A stretch of DNA of 64,000 nt from Squalus acanthias (GCA_030390025.1 CM059431.1:112408001-112472000); one strand, 5' to 3'. Positions 13,616 through 25,976 are shown, counted from the stretch's first letter. Numbers and translations: made by a program. The notes: a model not told the origin generated them from the sequence alone.

Positions 13616-13684
13616 AAATTAAATAAATCTGTTGGACTATAACCTGGTGTTGTGCGACTTCTCATTTTTAACTCATTCTATATT

Positions 13685-16370
13685 GAGGTTTAGGGAAGGA
13701 ATTCCAGAGCTCGAGTGCCTAGGCAGCTGAAGGCCGTTAATGGTGGAACGATGAAAATCGGGGATGCGCAAGAGGCCAGAATTTGAGGAGTGCAGAGATC
13801 TCGGAGGGTTGTAGGGCTGGAGGAGGCTGCAGAGATAGGGAGTGGCGAGGCTATGGAGGGATTTGGAAAACTATTGTGAGAATTTTAAAATCGAGGCGTT
13901 GCTGGACTGGGAGCCAGTGTAGGTCAGCAAGCACTGAGGTGATGGGTGAATGGGATTTGGTGTGAGTCAGGATGAACTGAAGTTTATGGAGGGTGCAAAG
14001 TGGGAGGCCGGCGAGGAGCGCATTAGAATAGTCGAGTCTAGTGGTAACAACATGCAGCAGAACTTCACACATGCAGGATGTGGACCCCTCCACACTTGTG
14101 ACGATGGTGTGGAAGGTGCTGAGCACATCATCCAGTCACTGCAACAGTCTATCATGCTCTCAAAACATTTCACCAAAGAATGCGATCTTAGGTGGGGTAA
14201 TGAAAAGCTTGATCAAAGAGATAGGTTTTAAGGAGAGTTTTAAAGGAGGAGAGAAAAGTGGAAAGGCAGTGGGCTTTAGGAAGGGATTTCCGGACTTTCA
14301 GGCCTAGGCGGGAGAAGGGATTGCTGCCAACGATGGGTGAAGGAGGTGCGGGGGAGAATGCACAGTGTGTTTTGGGAGAAGTGGTAACGCTGAAGGTGGT
14401 TAAAGAGATAAAGAATGGCAAGGTCATGGAGGGATTTAAAATGATGATGAGAATGTAAATTTGAGGTATTGGAGGGCTGGGAGCCATTGTAAGTCAGCAA
14501 GGACAGGGGTAATGGGTGACGGTGCAGGATAGGATGTGGGCAGCAGAATTTTGGATGAGCTGACGTTTACGGAGGATGAAGGCTTTCTAGCAGAGCATTG
14601 AAGTAATCGAGTCTGAGGGTAACAAAAACATGGATGAAGGTTTCAATGATCAGCTGAGGTTGGGGCAGAGGCAGGTGGTATTACGAAGGTGGAAGTATGC
14701 AAACTTTGTGATGGAAGAATACGGGGTCGGAAGCTCAGCTCAATGTCAATAGGATGCTGAGGTTGTGAACGGTCTGGGGAGGGGGACGGAATTTGTATCA
14801 AAATTACAGAGTTTGTGGCGGGGGCCAAAAACAATTATGCTGGCTCTACCAATGTTTAGCTAGAGAAAATGGTTGTCATCAGTGTATAAATGGAAGCTGT
14901 CCTCATGTCTGTGGATGTTGTCACCAAATGGAAGAATGTAGATGAGGAAAAGAGGCCAAGGATGGATCCTTGGCACACTTCTAAGGTGATGGTGTGAGAA
15001 TGGGAGAAGGAGCCATTGCTAGAGATCCTCTGGCTGTAATCAGATAGATAAGAATGGAACCAATTGAGGGCAGTCCCACTGAGCTGCACAACGGAGGAGA
15101 GGTATTGGAGGAGGATGCTGTAGTGAATTGTGTCGAAGGCTGCAGAGAGGTCAAGGAGGACTAGGAAGGTTAATGTACCTTAGTCACAGTCACAGATAAT
15201 GTCATTCATGATTTTGGTTAGGTTGGTTCAGTGCTGTGGGAAGGGTGAAAACCTGTTTGTAGAGATTCAAATGGGGAGTTACAGAAGAGATCTGGGAGGC
15301 AACAACACATTCAAGGACTTTGAAGGCGAAGGGCAGGTTGGAGATGGGTGGTAGTTTGCAAGAACAGAGGGGTTCAGGGTGGGCTTTTTGAGAAAGGGGA
15401 TGATGTTGGCAGTTTTGAAAGGGAAGGGAACAATGCTTTTGGAGATGGAACCTTGTATAATGTTAGCTAGCAAGGAGGCCAGGAAGGGAAGTCGGGAATT
15501 CAGCAGTTCAGTGGGAATGGGGTCAAGGGAGCATGAGGTGGTTCTCGTGGACAAGATGATCTCAGAGAGGGCATTGGAGATGGGAGAGAAACTAGAGACA
15601 GATTGGGTTCAGCGCAAGGGTAGAGGGAACTTGTCGGAGTTTAGGCTTGGTGGGCAAGGTGAACAGGGGAGAAGAGGAGGGAACTGAATCCGTGGTCTTT
15701 ATCTTGATGACAAAGCTCCTTTATGAGCTCCTTACACTCGTTGTTAGAGGTGATGGTGGAGGGAGCAGGGGAGAGATGTTTATGGTGGAGGTTGGTGGTG
15801 AATAAAAGGAACCTGGTGTTATCTTTGGCCTTCAGGATGATCCTAAAGTCGTGTGTGGCTTTTGCAGAGTTGGGCGATGTCTGATAGAGGTTGATATGGT
15901 CCAACGAGACTGGGCGATGGATAGCTAAGCCAGTTGTGTGCCAAGTACACTCAAGATTGTGGCCCTTGGGCTTAACAGAATGGAGATGGGGACCATACCA
16001 GGAGAGCCAACCATACCAGGGAGACAATGAAGGCTTTCTTGGAGATGAGGGCATTGAAGGTGGTGGTGAGCAACAGCTGCCAAGGTATCATGGCAAATAA
16101 GCAATTTTGGGGAATTATTGTTTCCGGGGATGGATGCAGAAGAGTTGAAAGAAGGTGAGGGATGTGGATAGTGAGGAATGCAAGGAAGAGGTTAGGGATT
16201 GCTTTGCTGGGGCTTAGGAGCACAGGAATAGAGAGGCCATAGAAGATGGTGAGGTTGGGGGAATGGCTGTGAATATGCCGGAGGGTTTATGTGAGAGGTT
16301 TAGGGAGGACAGGAGGGAGTAGAGAGGGCAAGGGGAGTTAAGATGAAGGTTGAAATCCCTGAGGATGAAT
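13685..16370 (-). mobile_element. Decayed L2 LINE fragments (endonuclease end and RT; at least two nested pieces)
   Basis: Fragments TTSCSLDPIPTELL, KTANIIPFLKKPTLNPSVLANYHP, GTALNWFHSYLSD, VTTRLDYSNALLAGLP, LHWLPVQQRLDFKIL, SSFKTLLKTYLFDQAF. Confidence 0.85.
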
Positions 16371-18639
16371 TCACTGCGTAATGTACATTTTGTTCAAAAC
16401 TAAGCATAGGTTTATGGCACTTGAGGAGTTAATGGTCTTTAATACCATGTTAATGATAAACTTATTGAAGACTGTGGGAGAATGTCAGCAACAAAGCTAA
16501 CAATATCAATGTTGTTTGAAGAGCAGTGTGAATGTGGGAAGGCTGTGTGAATTCTATACAGGCACTGTTCCAAAACCCTTGAACCAGCTCGGGATATTTA
16601 CGGACTATCACCTCTACAAGAAAGAAAGCGGTGTGCATTTTGAAGCCAGAAAGAAAGTTTAGGTTCTATTCCAATTAAAGGAAAACGACTTTCTTACCAG
16701 TTTACATGGACTGAGTTTCCAAGATGGGCTACAGTCACAGTGCTTTGCTCCTGTATACTTGTCTGAGTTAATATTCATCTTGCAGTGATGCAAAAGCAAC
16801 AGTACAACTGTGGAGTTAGATCTGACCCCACTCTGGAGGGAAGGGTTGTGAAAGCCCCTCCTCTCCCAACCCTCTCCGTAGAGGAGTCAGTCTCATATTG
16901 ACACCGCACAGAGTATAACTACAGTCTGGTGCCCCTAGTTTGGTAATTGTTCAGGCATCGGAGGGAATTTTAAACTTGCAGAACTATTTAAATGTTTGGA
17001 GAGTGCAGGCCCACCTCATATACCAAGCCCAGTAGGATTTGTGGTTTAGACTACTGAGATATAATCGTAACCCCCAGAGGCAGCTCACTGGTCGTTGGGG
17101 GGGAGGGAAGGAACAAGATCGGCGGGCTCAGACACCAGCCGAGGACCTAAGGTCAGTCCGTGATGGGTGGAGGTATTCGGGAGGGGGAAGCAGCGGTGGC
17201 CAACAGCAGCCCGCGCGCGGTTTTATTGTGGAGCCGGGAAGCACTCCATATTCAGGTAAATATTTCTTTCAAAATACCTTTTTCTTGGCAGCCTCCAGCA
17301 GTCCTCTTAAGCACCATATGTGGACCTGGTAATCCTGAATGCAGCAGGCCCAACACCTTTAGTGAAAACCAATTCCCAGGTTGGGTCCTAAAAGAGCCGC
17401 TGGGACCCTTATTAGCATATTAAAGGGACCTGCCGGGGATGCTGCCACACGCTGGACCCAATATGGCGTAGGACGTGTTTCTGACGCTATTTGGGCGCGG
17501 GAGGGTGACATCCTAAACTGGACCTCTTTGCACCTGTTTGACAGCCAGAAAATGGGCGCAACGAGGTCCTATTTCACCCGCTGTGTTTCAACTTGGCAGA
17601 TCTTGATCAAGAGATCCATTATTGATTGGTTGGAATTGTCCTCGCTGGGAGTGTAGCCAATTAGTCCAATTTTAGACTGGCTATCAAGGCTGTTGGGAGG
17701 GATTGGAAGGCAACAAGCTGGTGAAGTCATTTTCGTGCGTTTGATTTATGTCTATTGCTACTGGGACAGTGTTTGAACTTGAATGTAAACCTCCACATTC
17801 TTTCATCCTTACACCACCACTTAGTAGGTGCAGTTTATCACATGTCTGAGCTTGAACAGGCATTTACAAATGGCTTTGTGAATCCACTGACATATTGTGG
17901 AAAATGTTACATTTCAGTTTTTTTTACGATTTAAACAAAATTATGATTTGCCAATTATAGGTATCATTTATTTTATGAGGCATGAAAGGGTATTTATATC
18001 AATTTCCTATACCGAGCAATAAAAGGTACATCTTATGTTATCTTCAGCAGCACAGCCCCTCACTTCAGACTACAGCCTATCTTAAAACAGGCCAAATTAT
18101 TATTGTTTATGATAAGTTCACGTCTCCAGTTATTTTCTTAATAACAAACTGGCTATGATAAATTGACCCTTAGTGTTAGGGGGGGATTAAATATGTGGGG
18201 TTATGGGGATAGGATGGGATATGTTAGGGGGAATTAAATACGTGGGGTTATGGGGGGATATGTGTACTGTGGGGATTAAAGCAGGGACAGGGTACTGGAC
18301 TTGGATGATCAGCCATGATCGTATTGAATGGTGGAGCAGGCTCGATGGGCCGAATGGCCTACTCCTGCTCCTAGATTCTATGTTTCTATGTTTCTATGTC
18401 CTTGCAGTTAATGTACATTAAAGTTAATAAGCTGTTTTGGACTATTACCAAAATTGGGTTCCAGTTTTATTTCAGCAATCCATTGCATATTCCTGTGTTG
18501 CAAGCCTCAATTTAGTGTCTTAGTTACAAGGTTCCCCAGGGAGACAAAGGCCCAGAGGTTGCTCGGAGCTGCTCCTGCTCTGCCATCGTAACAAGGCTAA
18601 AGTGTAGAAAGAGCCTGTTTATACGCCGCCTAGAGCACC

Positions 18640-19090
18640 CCCACCCCCTCTCTTCACACTGCAGTCTTTTCCTCCACCTCTTCAGCTCAACTGGGCACTC
18701 TCCCTCTCCTCTCAGTTCAGGCTGGTACTATTCCTCATTTTCCCCTTGGTTCATGCTGGTACTTTACCCCCCAGTTTACATTGCGACTCATCCCTATCCC
18801 TATTCCCCCCCCCCTCCCCCCACCCACACTGGCACTCTTCTCCCACCCCACCGCCCCCTAGTTCATGCTAGTATTCTTCTTTCCCCTCCCAGTTCATGCT
18901 GGAGCCCTTAACTCTTTCTCCCACTAGCTCAAACTGGCACTCTGCTTGCCCTCTTCTCAGTTTATGCTGGTATGCTCTGTGCCATCCCCATCAGTTCATG
19001 TTGGCACTCTCCTTCCTCTACCCACTTCCAGTTGAGACTGGCAACCATCTTCCCTTCCGCCTCATACCGTGCCTCAAAACAACTTAGTTC
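18640..19090. repeat. Degenerate pyrimidine-rich minisatellite (~30-bp unit, cAGTTCATGCTGGcactcttccc-like)
   Basis: About a dozen recurrences of agttca(t/g)gctgg(c/t)actc separated by C/T runs. Confidence 0.6.
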
Positions 19091-19308
19091 ATTTGTTAAT
19101 TTTTTCCACCATTCATTCATTACCCCCATCTCTCTGGGGAGATGTCTGACCGGTGCTCACTGATTCCTACAGGCTCCGACCTCCTACCTGATGCTGCTGG
19201 GATGGAACTCAGCTGTGGGGTGGCAAGTTATACGCTTGTAAAACTATTGTGAGAATTTCCCATCTACAGCAGCAGGCCATAAAGGTGAAGGCTCGAGCAA
19301 ACTGAGTC

Positions 19309-19536
19309 GTGAGCTGAGTCCATTGCAAAGTCCAAGCTTACATAAGATGATCATTAAAATCTTAAACTGAAAAGAGCAATAATGTGAAGGCAGCTAAGAG
19401 AAATTAATTGGCTTCCAATTAAGCAGGAAGCAAGAAAAAAAATTCCCTTAGCTGCCTTCACTTTGTTGCTCTTTTCAGTTGAAGATTTTAATGATCATCT
19501 TATGTAAGCTAGGGCTTTGCAATATGCTCAGCTCAC
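19309..19536. repeat. Palindromic element, ~95-bp arms and ~35-bp loop
   Basis: 19309-19405 is the reverse complement of 19441-19536 with scattered mismatches. Confidence 0.85.
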
Positions 19537-20269
19537 TACTGAGGTTCCTGGGGGTGGGCTCATTTTGACCCTCACTGCTTGGCTGGTAAGCTGATGAAGC
19601 GCATCGCCCGCCTGTTATAGAACTCGCCCGATTTTCAATTCCATTGATTTCAGGAAAAATTACAATCAGGTGGGTTCTATAACTAATGAGAGAGCTGCTC
19701 CACCGGTTTACCGCCCAAGCAATAATGGTGATAGTTATCCCCCATCCTCCAGGAGTTTTCATCCTCAACACATGTGGTTGGATGGTCTGCCAGACAGGTA
19801 CATGGACTGGAGATCGCATGTACAGGGTTTATCTAGACATTAAACAACAAATAAAAGACTCATCCATGATTTGCATTTAAATTCATGAACTCTAAAGGAT
19901 TATTCCAAGATAAGACATTCTGTGTCTTTCCGCAGCGTGAGGTACATGTGATTGTCAAAAGATCTTCTTGAGTTCACTCCCACTTATAGCAGTAGATATC
20001 TAAAATGATATTTAAAGCTTGAGTTTTCATCAGATCGCAGGTGAAGAAGTCTTCCATTCTACCCTCCAAATGGATCCTGTGTGGTGTAAAAAAGGTACAA
20101 GGATAGAAGAAAATACATCCCAGCCACTGTTAAAATGGCAAATGAAGTGATGCAGAAACAAAAATCCAACACAGAAAAATTGACCTGATTTTTCCTTTCT
20201 ATTCAAGATTTTTGCAATGATACTACCTGACACCTAAAGATTGTTATACACCATGAAAAAATGATGATT

Positions 20270-21165
20270 GATGATTGCACAGTGTTCAGTTCCATTTGCA
20301 ACTCCTCAGATAATGAAGCAGTCTATGCCCACATGCAGCAAGATCTGGACAACATTCAGGCTTGGGCTGATAAGTGGTAGGTAACATTCGCGCCACACAA
20401 TTACCAGGCAATGACCATCTCCAACAAGCGAGAGTCTAGCCACCTCTCCTTGACATTCAACGGCATTACCATCGCCGAATCCCCCACCATCAACATCCTG
20501 GGGGGGTCACCATTGACCAGAAACTTAACTGGACCAGCCACATAAATACTGTGGCAACAAGAGCAGGTCAGAGGCTAGGTATTCTGCAGTGAGTGACTCA
20601 CCTCCTGACTCCCCAAAGCCTTTCCACCATCTACAAGGCACAAGTCAGGAGTGTGATGGAATACTCTCCACTTGCCTGGATGAGTGCAGCTGCAACAACA
20701 CTCAAGAAGCTCGACACCATCCAGCACCAAGCAGCCCGCTTGATTGGCACCCCATCCACCACCTTAAACATTCACTCCCTCCACCACCGGCGTACCGTGG
20801 CTGCAGTGTGTACCATCTACAAGATGTACTGCAGTAACTTGACAGGGCTTCTTCGACAGCACCTCCTAAACCCGCGACCTCTTCCACCTAGAAGGACAAG
20901 GGCAGCAGGTGCATGGGAACGCCACCACCTCCAAGTTCCCCTCCAAGTCACACATCATCCTGACTTAGAAGTATATCGCTGTTCCTTCATCATCGCTGGG
21001 TCAAAATCCTGGAACTCCCTCCCTAACAGCACTGTGGGAGTACCTTCACCACACGGACTGCAGCGGTTTAAGAAGGCGGCTCACCACCACCTTCTCAAGG
21101 GCAATTAGGGATGGGCAATAAATGATGGCCTTGCCGGTGACGCCCACATCCCATGAATGAATAAT
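20270..21165 (+). mobile_element. 5'-truncated CR1/L2-group LINE (RT C-terminus)
   Basis: DDCTVF...MQQDLDNIQAWADKW*VTFAPH...IYKAQVRSVMEYSPLAW...SWNSLP; near-identical copy at 57180-58040. Confidence 0.85.
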
Positions 21166-21300
21166 AAAAACCAAGGTGTTGAGATAATTAATGTTTACTT
21201 TAAAGCAAATCATATTTGACATTCCAGAAGGTTGCAACTGGTAACGAAGAAAAAATAAACCTAATCAAAGCATTGCGAGCAATTTTATACAGCTCTCTAC

Positions 21301-22987
21301 TGTAAGGGGTTGTGTCGTGCTTGTATCGCAAGCGGTGCTGGTACGGGGTTAGGCCTTCGTTGCCTAATACTATTGCTTGCTCTGGTCTCCGGCCAGCCTT
21401 GTTGCAATAAGCACCTGTGAGTGGTTCGACCCACTCGCCCTTACGGTTCTAACACTGGACTTAGGTGCGAGAGCAGTAATGCAGAGAAAAACTCAAATAG
21501 ACGCGGTTGAATAGTACGAAATGGAAATCTTTATTGCATAGCGTCCAAGATCATGAAGTACATGTCATAGGCGCAAATTAACGAGAGTACAAGTATACAT
21601 ACATTCATAAAGCTTGTCTATGGTAATGAAGAACGCACGGCACATCGTAAAAAGGGGAACACATTATACTTTATCCTTAATAAAACCACCCTCCCTTATC
21701 AATACCTACACTACATCTAGATTTGTAGGATCGGGAAACATGCTCACCACTCGTGATACTTCGGAGAATTTTAAAGTGAGGCACTCGGCTCGTTTCGCTG
21801 CAGCGCCTGACTGTCACGTGTTTGGAGGGGTCTCTGTACCCCACTTGTTTATCTTCGCTGCTGCGACAAGCAGGCTGGGCTCCCCGTTGTCATGAAGAAC
21901 TCGACAGCACTCGGGCCCGGCTGTAGAACTCAAAGAAAAGTCTTCCTGTACCGACACCAGTTGTCGATAGAATTCGAAGAAGAGTCTTTGACCAGTTCGT
22001 GCAGTAACCTGTAGAGTTCAAGAAATGGGTTGTATATTTTCGGGCGCGGTCGGGGTTTACTGACCGCGGCGGCACGTGGATTCTTCTCCTCTTCTTCTCG
22101 TCTCGTCTCGTCTCTTCTCTTCGGGCCTTCGGGTCCAGACACCGTTTACCGACCCTCGGGATGGTGCACCCGGTCACCGGCCTTCGTCGAGGCGGCTCGT
22201 TCCGTTTGAGCTCCACCCAACATTCGAATAACCGTCCAGTGCGGCTAAAAGTCCAGAGTCAACAGAGTCCAGAGAAACACAGAAGGCTGCTCGTCCAGCA
22301 GAGTTCAGCCCCAGTCAAGAGTCCGCAGAGATAAGAGAAAATAAAGAGGGCGATGGACATTTGTTGTCTATAGTTATAGTGCTGTGTTCCCTTATCTCCC
22401 GCCCAAATCTTAATGTTTGTCCTTTGTGAAATATTGGCGCTCAAAACTCCCAGCATGGGGTGATTCTTGTCTTTAACGGGTTTCGGTAGCACCTGAGACT
22501 GGCCAACTACCCGTTAATGTTTCCCCCATTGTCGAACCGGCTAGGAGCCTCCCTGGCTGGGTTTTGGGGGCCCCCGAATACTTGCTTAATCACCCGAGAA
22601 TGGCTCTCTCATTGTAGAGCCGTGGGGGTATTTGCGTATTGATGTGTCTGGATGGGCCTTCGATTGCCCAGTACAATGGTCCTTACTTGTGCATGGAAAA
22701 CGATTCCAGCACTCATATCTTTTGCTATTGTCACAAATGCAAACAGGTTGCATCCTGTCTTTATCAGTGCTTATCGAGTATGACCCCGTCTTATATTGAA
22801 AATGTTTATTCGAACGCCATCTTGTCTGCCCACTGTACTTCTGGAAACTTCTGCCACGATGCGCGGCGGCCATTTTACAGGCTTCTGTGTCCTGTTTAAT
22901 CATGACAGCATTTCGTTTAAATAAACTGATCAAACGAATCTGCTTCTATCTCGTTATTTCGAATCGCGATAATTGCGAAACTTTACA
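21301..22987 (-). repeat. 3' LTR of provirus A (1687 bp)
   Basis: Direct repeat of 32297-33984; I counted about 4 substitutions and 1 indel; termini TGTAA...TTACA. Confidence 0.97.
21530..21535 (-). terminator. Probable polyadenylation signal of provirus A
   Basis: AATAAA on the minus strand ~230 nt from the LTR end, followed by a U-rich tract; another AATAAA lies at 22805-22810, so the assignment is not unique. Confidence 0.55.
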
Positions 22988-22999
22988 GTCCCTCCTGTT
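22988..22999 (-). promoter_or_regulatory. Polypurine tract of provirus A
   Basis: AACAGGAGGGAC immediately precedes the TG of the 3' LTR. Confidence 0.75.
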
Positions 23000-23385
23000 G
23001 ATGCGAATAACTCCGCTTATCGTATCAATTAAAAGTGGTGGTGAGCAAAATTATCCCGATTCTCCACATCCAAACACTCCCTTAACTTAAAACAATCTAT
23101 GGTCTCCATGCCGTCCTCATTTCCCAGGGAAATTACATTGTTTAAAACTTGGACCAACCGTAGGCAGTATTGCCTTTAAACTTACACTGCGTATACGCCT
23201 TCCTGGTGCAACAGGCCGATGCCTCTCGCACCACCTGTATATGCATGTTTTTATTATACAAGGAATAAAATAATCAAAACCACTCTTTAAAAATACAAAG
23301 TTCCAAACTTAGTTACACATCTTCATAACTAACAATCAATTACAAAAACACACATGGTAAAATGGAGCGGCGTCATCCTGGCCGT

Positions 23386-25709
23386 TTACGCGGTACTTTC
23401 CTCGTTCACGCGCATGTAACGTTCTCTCCACTCTCCTGTGTTCTCCTGCTTTGTGAGGCACTTGCCTCTTTTGCAGTGCACGACCAATAGGTACACTACC
23501 AAAATGTGGGAGGCTATCCTGATCCATGAAGGAACTTCAATATTCGTGAACAGGTCCCACCACGGTGGGATTACTACGTCCAAAATTTCTGTCCCTATTT
23601 CTACTGTTTTCTGTTCCAGGGTGTAAAAATGTTTTTGTGATACCACGACGGCTTTCAAAAGCTTGGTGAGGTGTTCAGGGAGAGGGGGAATGATGTAGCC
23701 GAAATGCGCGACGAATCGTTGCAAGTCGGTGAAATTCTCTTTTACTGTGAGATGAACAGTGGATGGTTCAGGGATCGGGACAATTCGCTGTTGTGCCACT
23801 TGAACTTCAGCCCTGGGTTTAAAACAGAAACTGCTGTCACTCACCGGCTGTGGTTTCCATGCTGGTAGTGTTGCGCTGCAGTGGTAATGCAATATGTTCC
23901 ACCCCCTATGTATGCCACCTGCGGAGGCACATGATCTTGTGTCATTGCCTCCATGGTGCAATTCATGAGCTTGGCGCCAGCCGTTCTGAACCCGCATTGT
24001 GGTGTTAAAAAGGCATTCAAGTGCTGGGGACACAGGATGATGTGTGCTCCCCGGCCACGACAACCCGATAGGTCGGTACCTGTCATCGTTTGCTCCCAGC
24101 GGATGACGTAAGGTGGGACCGCTGCATAGCGAATGTGGGCTCCCCCCTGAATGACACCAATGTTCTCTACCCGATACACCGGGGCGGGCTTTGCTGTGTC
24201 GCCCAAAACCGGCATACGTAGTACTATACCCATGATGGTATGGTTTGACCGTCCGCAGTCCACGGGGACTGGGTATGCCTCTGAGGCTAGCCTGAGCTGG
24301 CACGGGCTTAATGCGTTCTGAAAAGGGTGGAGCGCCTGCAGGTGTTTGTTACTTATCCAGGACGGGACCAAACCTTGTTTTAAATCCTCCAAATTACTGC
24401 GGCCCTCGCCCAGTAACCACGCCCCGTATAGTACGCACACCTCGTTCTGCGCAGCTTGATCGGATGCGTTCCGATCTTCCCTGATCAGGGCATTTACCGT
24501 TCTTGCATGCTTCTCCAGCTCTGCTATAATCTCTTTTAAGTGTAGTGTCATGGCCTGGTCCTCATGTAACTCAGACCCTACTACCTTGTTTTCGCTTGTG
24601 AGGATGCTTTTTAATTGTGTTTTTAAACCGTTGATCTGGGTCTGCAGCTCCACGTTGTCTAGAGCGTTGACCACAGATGTTCCTGTATTAAAGGCGGTGA
24701 ACATATCGTTCACAATACCCCTTCTTTGTCTCCCCACCTGACCCAAAACTTCGTGTGGTGTGGTGTACAAGCTTGTTTTGTCAATCTCTGCAAAATCAAA
24801 CTCGTAGAATTGTCTGAACATGTTTGTCAACAGGACCTGGTACAATTGTTCCGTCTCTTTGGGGCACCACTCTGGTAAACGCACCTCGGTGAGATTTAGA
24901 ATCACCGAGGCCACCGCGTAATGTACCCCCTGAAATAGTATCTGGTCTGTTGGGACCAGTACCAAACCATTCCCGGGCCCCTTAGTGGTTTTAGGGCACC
25001 CTTCCTTTTGAGCCAAAACCACCGGAATCGTGGGCGGAGCCTTGCGTGGGCGCGTGATGAGTTCAGTGGCGTTTACCGGGATCGGGGAGAATGGAGCTCC
25101 GCACCCCTTTGTGCTGACATCCCACCTCATCCCTTTCCCGTTATCCTGCCACTGGTGTACGAAAAATATGGATATACCCTTGGGGCAAACGTATTTCGAT
25201 CCCCACATACAAACATATATTCCCTCATCCGGTTCCCACCATTTGTCCCAACAGACTTTCAATTGTCCGTTAGTCCCCGTAATTGTCCGATGGGTATTGT
25301 TACCCAATCGCTCCCACTCAACCGAGGAATTTCTCATAGTCTTGCTTAACTTCCGTAACCACCACCATCGGCTCAATGGGACCTTCCCATTGCATGTCAA
25401 ACAAATCCTTTTGCCGACGGTGACGCTGATTCTGGGTGCAATGATCCTCACTCTGTGGCACAGTAAAGAAGTCTCTTTGTAGGCAAATCCGGATGCGCTG
25501 GAGTATTCCGTTGAATTCGTTCCCAGCCATCCCGGCCACCTTCCCTTGTGGAAATAAGTGGCGGTCTCCTCAGCCTTTCGCTCCCCGGTCCCATCCGTCG
25601 CGATGGGGCCCGTGTCCCCGGAGCAACCAAACACAACGACATCCTTGGTGAGGCCTCGATAGGCCAATCCATATCCGATCGTTGCGAGCACTATCAGAAT
25701 CCGTTCCAT
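23386..25709 (-). pseudogene. env: Envelope glycoprotein (signal peptide, Ig-like domain, furin site, F-type fusion subunit, TM); one frameshift near 23847
   Basis: 622-aa ORF 25709-23841 continues in another frame (PVSDSSFCF...PPWWDLF...WIRIASHILVVYLLVVHC) to 23386; RQRR|GIVNDMFTAFNTGTSVVN at 24731-24720, heptad repeat, Cys-rich region, multiple N-x-S/T sequons. Confidence 0.9.
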
Positions 25710-25721
25710 CTTTCCTGGTTC

Positions 25722-25740
25722 CTGTGATCAGATAAAATGA
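25722..25740 (-). promoter_or_regulatory. Putative env splice acceptor (provirus A)
   Basis: TCATTTTATCTGATCACAG|G lies 12 nt before the env ATG; provirus B has a stronger acceptor at the equivalent position. Confidence 0.5.
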
Positions 25741-25976
25741 TGTAGCCAGCCTCCCAAGAGTCTCTGGCTTTTGTGAAGGGTGAGCGGGTCCCTTGACCTC
25801 GTCTCACGTAAAAAGACATGTATGCTGGATAGACTTTAACTATTCCTATCACTAAAACTCCCATCACTTTACCATTTACTTTTAAAATTAAACTACAAAC
25901 TTACCAAACTTACAAACTTAAACTTAAACTTATAAACTTATACTGTACAGCGCCGCCCGTTCCCAGGGCGGCCTAC

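Larger units (their letters stand above)
12715..13669. mobile_element. Penelope-like element, ~450-bp-arm inverted duplication with GIY-YIG endonuclease C-terminus
   Basis: Arms about 12755-13203 and 13221-13669 are near-perfect reverse complements with a 17-nt spacer; both encode (LRVSIL)QGGLRDTRQRKIIEQKLIAKFRTHEDGLNRD; 14-bp TSD TTTAACTCATTCTA (12701-12714, 13667-13680). Confidence 0.9.

Noticed and set aside
18640..19090. CRISPR-like repeat-spacer array
   Set aside because: Eukaryotic context, degenerate units with low-complexity C/T spacers, no cas genes; a minisatellite.
21614..22933. ORFs of 70-115 aa inside the provirus A LTR (sag/nef/bel-like accessory genes?)
   Set aside because: Mostly non-ATG starts, no recognisable motifs; they recur only because the LTR is duplicated.
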